Shown here: in pieces, positions 60,556 through 64,000 of the stretch
Layout: every line of letters begins with the position of its first letter
Position numbering within the stretch: position 1 is the first letter of the stretch
Origin: Camelus dromedarius
Lineage: Eukaryota
NCBI RefSeq assembly: GCF_036321535.1
Contig: NC_087437.1
Span: 6,510,001 to 6,574,000, forward strand
Reading direction: 5' to 3'
DNA: 64,000 nt
Program-made: the position numbers and the translations under genes
Notes under the pieces: model-generated
What the model was told of the DNA's origin: nothing
Seen by the model: only the letters and a program-made list of their open reading frames with translations
The model's database searches: none

Positions 60556-61574
60556 TTAATACTCGCATTATCCAAGTCTATTAGATAGAGAACTTTGTGT
60601 GGCATTATGAAACAAAAATCCTCCCATAAACAGAGGATGTGGGGAAAGACCTGTGAGAGAGGATAGAAATGCACTTATTTCAATATAGAGAAGAATCTGC
60701 AAAATTTGAAAGTACTCTTGGGTTATGGAGACCCTCCGACTGTCTTCCAGTAGTATGGCACAGATTGAAGTGTTTTGACTTTGGAAAGATTTTGACTTTG
60801 GCGTTTTCATAAAATTACATTTTCCATCTGATGCCAGGGAGGCAGTGGTGCTTTTGTCACAGCCAGAAGCCAAGGGAAATGGCTGCTGGCAGTTCCAAAG
60901 AGTCAGAAAAAGTTCATGTGGCAGAGGGATCATGCCCCGTGCGCAAGGAAGCTGTGCAAATCTTTTAGGAGTGGTTTGTGCATGGGCTGGCGCTCTGAGG
61001 ATGCTCAGTGGGTACCAGGAAGATGCCTGGGAGATAAGATTGCCACCACAGATACAATCCAGTTGTTAGAGCATATATGTTAAAGAATTAATGCTTTTTT
61101 TCCCCCTGAATCAGTTCTCCTGTAAAAGGCCCACTGCTTTGCAAATTTGCATTTCCCCACGTCCAGTGTGCCACAGAGAATTGTTTTGTTCTGTGGCCTT
61201 TTGATTAGCTGAGGTTTGGTTCTTGGTGCTGCAGCACCTGCGTTACACCTGTGCAGCACGAATAAGCTACGGAAGGGGCTGGTCCTCAGTCATCTGCTGA
61301 AGGTGACATACCAGCAGGTGAGGTCAGGTCAGCAGAGCAGAGCTGGTGGATTGGCTTTTCCTTGGGGCCTCGTGAAGCTTCCTGTAATGGTTACTTCAGT
61401 TCCCTTATCAGTGTATGGAAGTGTGTGTCTGCACAGACAGACATTCATAAGATTCAGGATTCTAGGACGCGGGCAGTCCAAAGGGCAGTAGATCCCGCAG
61501 CTGGAAGGAAGAGAACTGAGTGTCAAACTCTGTCTCCCAAAGTCCCAGTCAAATCTTCCTGCCTTGCTCTGGGA

Positions 61575-61757
61575 CAAATGCCATCCAGTAGAACTTTCTA
61601 TATGTTCTGCATGTTCTTTATCAGCATTGTCTAGTATGATGGCCACTAGCCACCTTGAAATGTGGCTTGTGTGATAGTAAACTGAAAATTTTAAATTAAA
61701 TTGATTTAAATGTAAATATCCACATACGACCAGTGGCTACTGAAGCAGACAGTACAA
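61575..61757 (+). mobile_element. MER3 hAT-Charlie MITE
   Basis: tagaactttct..ggccactagccac..ttgaaatgtggct..agtggctac; perfect 8-bp TSD ctctggga 61567-61574 / 61758-61765. Confidence 0.88.
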
Positions 61758-64000
61758 CTCTGGGATGGTCCCTTCTCCTTTCATTTTCAAGGAATATTCT
61801 CCAGGTATGAGCCACCCTGTCTTAAATCACTGTCATCCTTTTGATAGGCAAACCTAATGATCAGCTTAGAATTTTAAAAAAGACTTATTAGCTTGTCTCT
61901 AGAAATAAAGATGTGCTCCATTACTGCCTGCTCAGTGCCTGGATTTCTCAGTGAAATTTGCCCCCATCTACCCGCCTGCACACAAGCCTCACACATGGCA
62001 AGGCGGCCTCCTCATGGGTGGCCCCTGTTTCTTACATGTCCCTGCAATTTCTGCTGAGGTGGTACCTGCCAAGCCCTACTTTTCCTACCCTTAGAGTTTT
62101 TGCTCTTATTCCATTCACTTCAAAATATCATTACCATTGCAAACAAGGAAAATGTGTTTATCAGAAACTGCAAACTCCTTGAGGGCCTCATAGGATTAAT
62201 CACGGTTATAAAGTTTTATTAAACACAATTTTTGTTTAATGACAAGCTCCACCAGTCCTCCCCATCCCAAACCAATCCTGTCCTAAGGGTGAATTGCGCT
62301 CAGCAGATTGTCTTCAACAGACTCTTCAAGACAATCCCTATTACTTTGTCATGCACAGAGATATTTTTCTTCCTGGATAATTTGAACTTCCTTAAAAATC
62401 ACATCTGTTTCATACTTTATTTATTTGTAATTTAAATCCTTAAATTGAATCTTTCATTACTAACATCTGGGCTTGAAATGCAGCCCACTTGAAAAAATAC
62501 AAATTTTATTTTATTTGTAGTTACCCCCCTTCACTCCATAGCACTGGTACAAACAGTCTCTGGCCAGAGGCAAAACAGCCGGGTATCTCAAAGCTGTGAT
62601 GCTGTACCACGTGTAATGTGGTTCACTTGATTGTCCCTGAAGTGACTGGCAATTTGCCCAGAATTAGACTGAATGCACGTAATAAGCTGTAGAATTTCCA
62701 CAATATTGACAATTAGATATCTCTGTACAGCAGCAGCTGTGTATTGTTCTCATGGTATGGTCCCCTCAAAGCACCTCCTAAAAAGAAAAAAAAAAAAAAC
62801 CTGGCAGAAGGTTGCAGGCAGCAGAAAGGTAATATACATTGTATGAAATACCTCAAATTCAGATTGATCGGGATGTTTTCTATTAGTACAGTTTTCTGCA
62901 ATGGAAATCATGGCTGAAACTGAACGCTCTGGAATAGGAGTTTATAACACCACATCTGTAATTGCTCTATTTTTAGCACGTTTCGGAGGAAGATACCTTT
63001 CTCATTTCCATTTATTGTGAAAGGGAGGGAACGGTATCGCCGGCACTCCCAGCATTTCGAGTCTCTGGGAGCGGGCGGCTCTGACCCTACGGACATGCTG
63101 AGACCCGCTTACCCTTCTGAAATGGCTTTGGTCATTTAAAATAACTTTCACTGTCCCCTGAATGGAAATCAGCCCCAAGAAATCATATCGTTTGTGGACA
63201 GTTTTGATGAAAAAGAAGCTTAGCTTCTGATTTGCCATTTTTGCACTCTTCAAACGCAGGGAGCCGTTTGGACAAATGTGGAAACACCTCCCCATGTTTC
63301 GCCATTTTCCATAATATTTCTTCACCAGCCCATTTGTTTCATGATTGTAGAAAACGAGGGAGAACATGAAGGAACTGAACTGATCGTTTCTCCCTATCTG
63401 GAAGCCACTGCCCACAGTCCTTGGATTTGAATATTATTTTAAACCACACGATTGAAGTTTGCATGATGAATGGCTAATCTTTGATATTTTGCCCAGCGGA
63501 TCTGGGGCAGGCTGTTGTTGTCTGGAGCCAGACTCGGCAAACTTTCGGTTTTGTTGTTTGTCTCTTTGCAATAGAAATGAACATTTTAAAGGAAAGCTGC
63601 TGGTTTTAGAAAAATACCATAAAACCTCCGGAACAATAAGATGCCATGTTTTCTATTGCAGATCTTAATTTATCAAGCTAATTACTGACAAAATGGAGCT
63701 AAATTGCTGATAGTCTTGAGACTGATTAATTCGGGAACAAGACACTGTTGGGTTCCTTAAAGGTTAGCAGTAGTGTTTGCGTAGCACAGGAGTGGAGGAC
63801 TCTTTCTCAGCTCAAATTACATCGTATCCTTCTTTTAAAAACTCCACGTTATTAAGAATGCATTCAAGTTCAGTCCAATATGTACATTTGTTTCCCCATT
63901 AATGCTAATTAGAGGAGAAAAGAGAAACCAAAAATTTCTCATTAGCAAAGAGAACTTATTTTGAAACTTGTAGTTTCTCTCTTGCAGTCCAGTTTAAAAC

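Noticed and set aside
63002..63415. 137-aa ORF (- strand) in the unique terminal block
   Set aside because: It starts at a non-ATG codon and resembles no protein I know; the block is better explained as non-coding. PhyloCSF would settle it.
63650..63768. Acceptor ttttctattgcAG with possible donor aag|GTTAGC (101-nt exon)
   Set aside because: Stops in all three frames and a weak donor; not supportable as a coding exon.
1..64000. CRISPR arrays, operons or other prokaryotic/viral systems
   Set aside because: No regularly spaced repeat-spacer arrays, no gene-dense ORFs and no intact gag/pol/env or transposase; the content is typical eutherian non-coding DNA.

Overview
Mammalian non-coding genomic DNA, intronic or intergenic, most likely from a camelid (camel, llama, alpaca or vicuna). 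The lineage call rests on four copies of a tRNA-Ala-derived SINE matching the camelid vic-1 family and on artiodactyl-type L1 3' ends. I recognise no protein-coding exon, RNA gene or prokaryotic-type system. The only ORF-track peptides with recognisable homology are retroelement remnants (LINE-1 ORF2 fragments and a CR1/L3 ORF2 motif). Much of the window is a mosaic of old eutherian repeats (MIR, L2, L3/CR1, MaLR MLT1, ERVL, ERV1 and Gypsy-like LTRs, hAT MITEs MER5/MER3/MER53/MER91/MER94/MER103). Younger L1 fragments and SINEs with clear target-site duplications (TSDs) are inserted among them. Several repeat-poor blocks (about 7.3-7.8, 17.1-18.6, 26.5-29.4, 31.2-32.7, 39.0-41.9 and 61.8-64.0 kb) look like candidate conserved regulatory DNA. 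The most notable observations are a ~115-nt degenerate hairpin at 17890-18004, a nested and inverted L1 cluster at 46.5-47.7 kb, a tail-to-tail MLT1 pair, a CTCF-like site in an ERVL LTR, and two frame-preserving candidate cassette exons. Repeat subfamily names come from remembered consensus sequences, not from a database search. Boundaries of old repeats are approximate, to within tens of bp. I found no convincing novel biological system.
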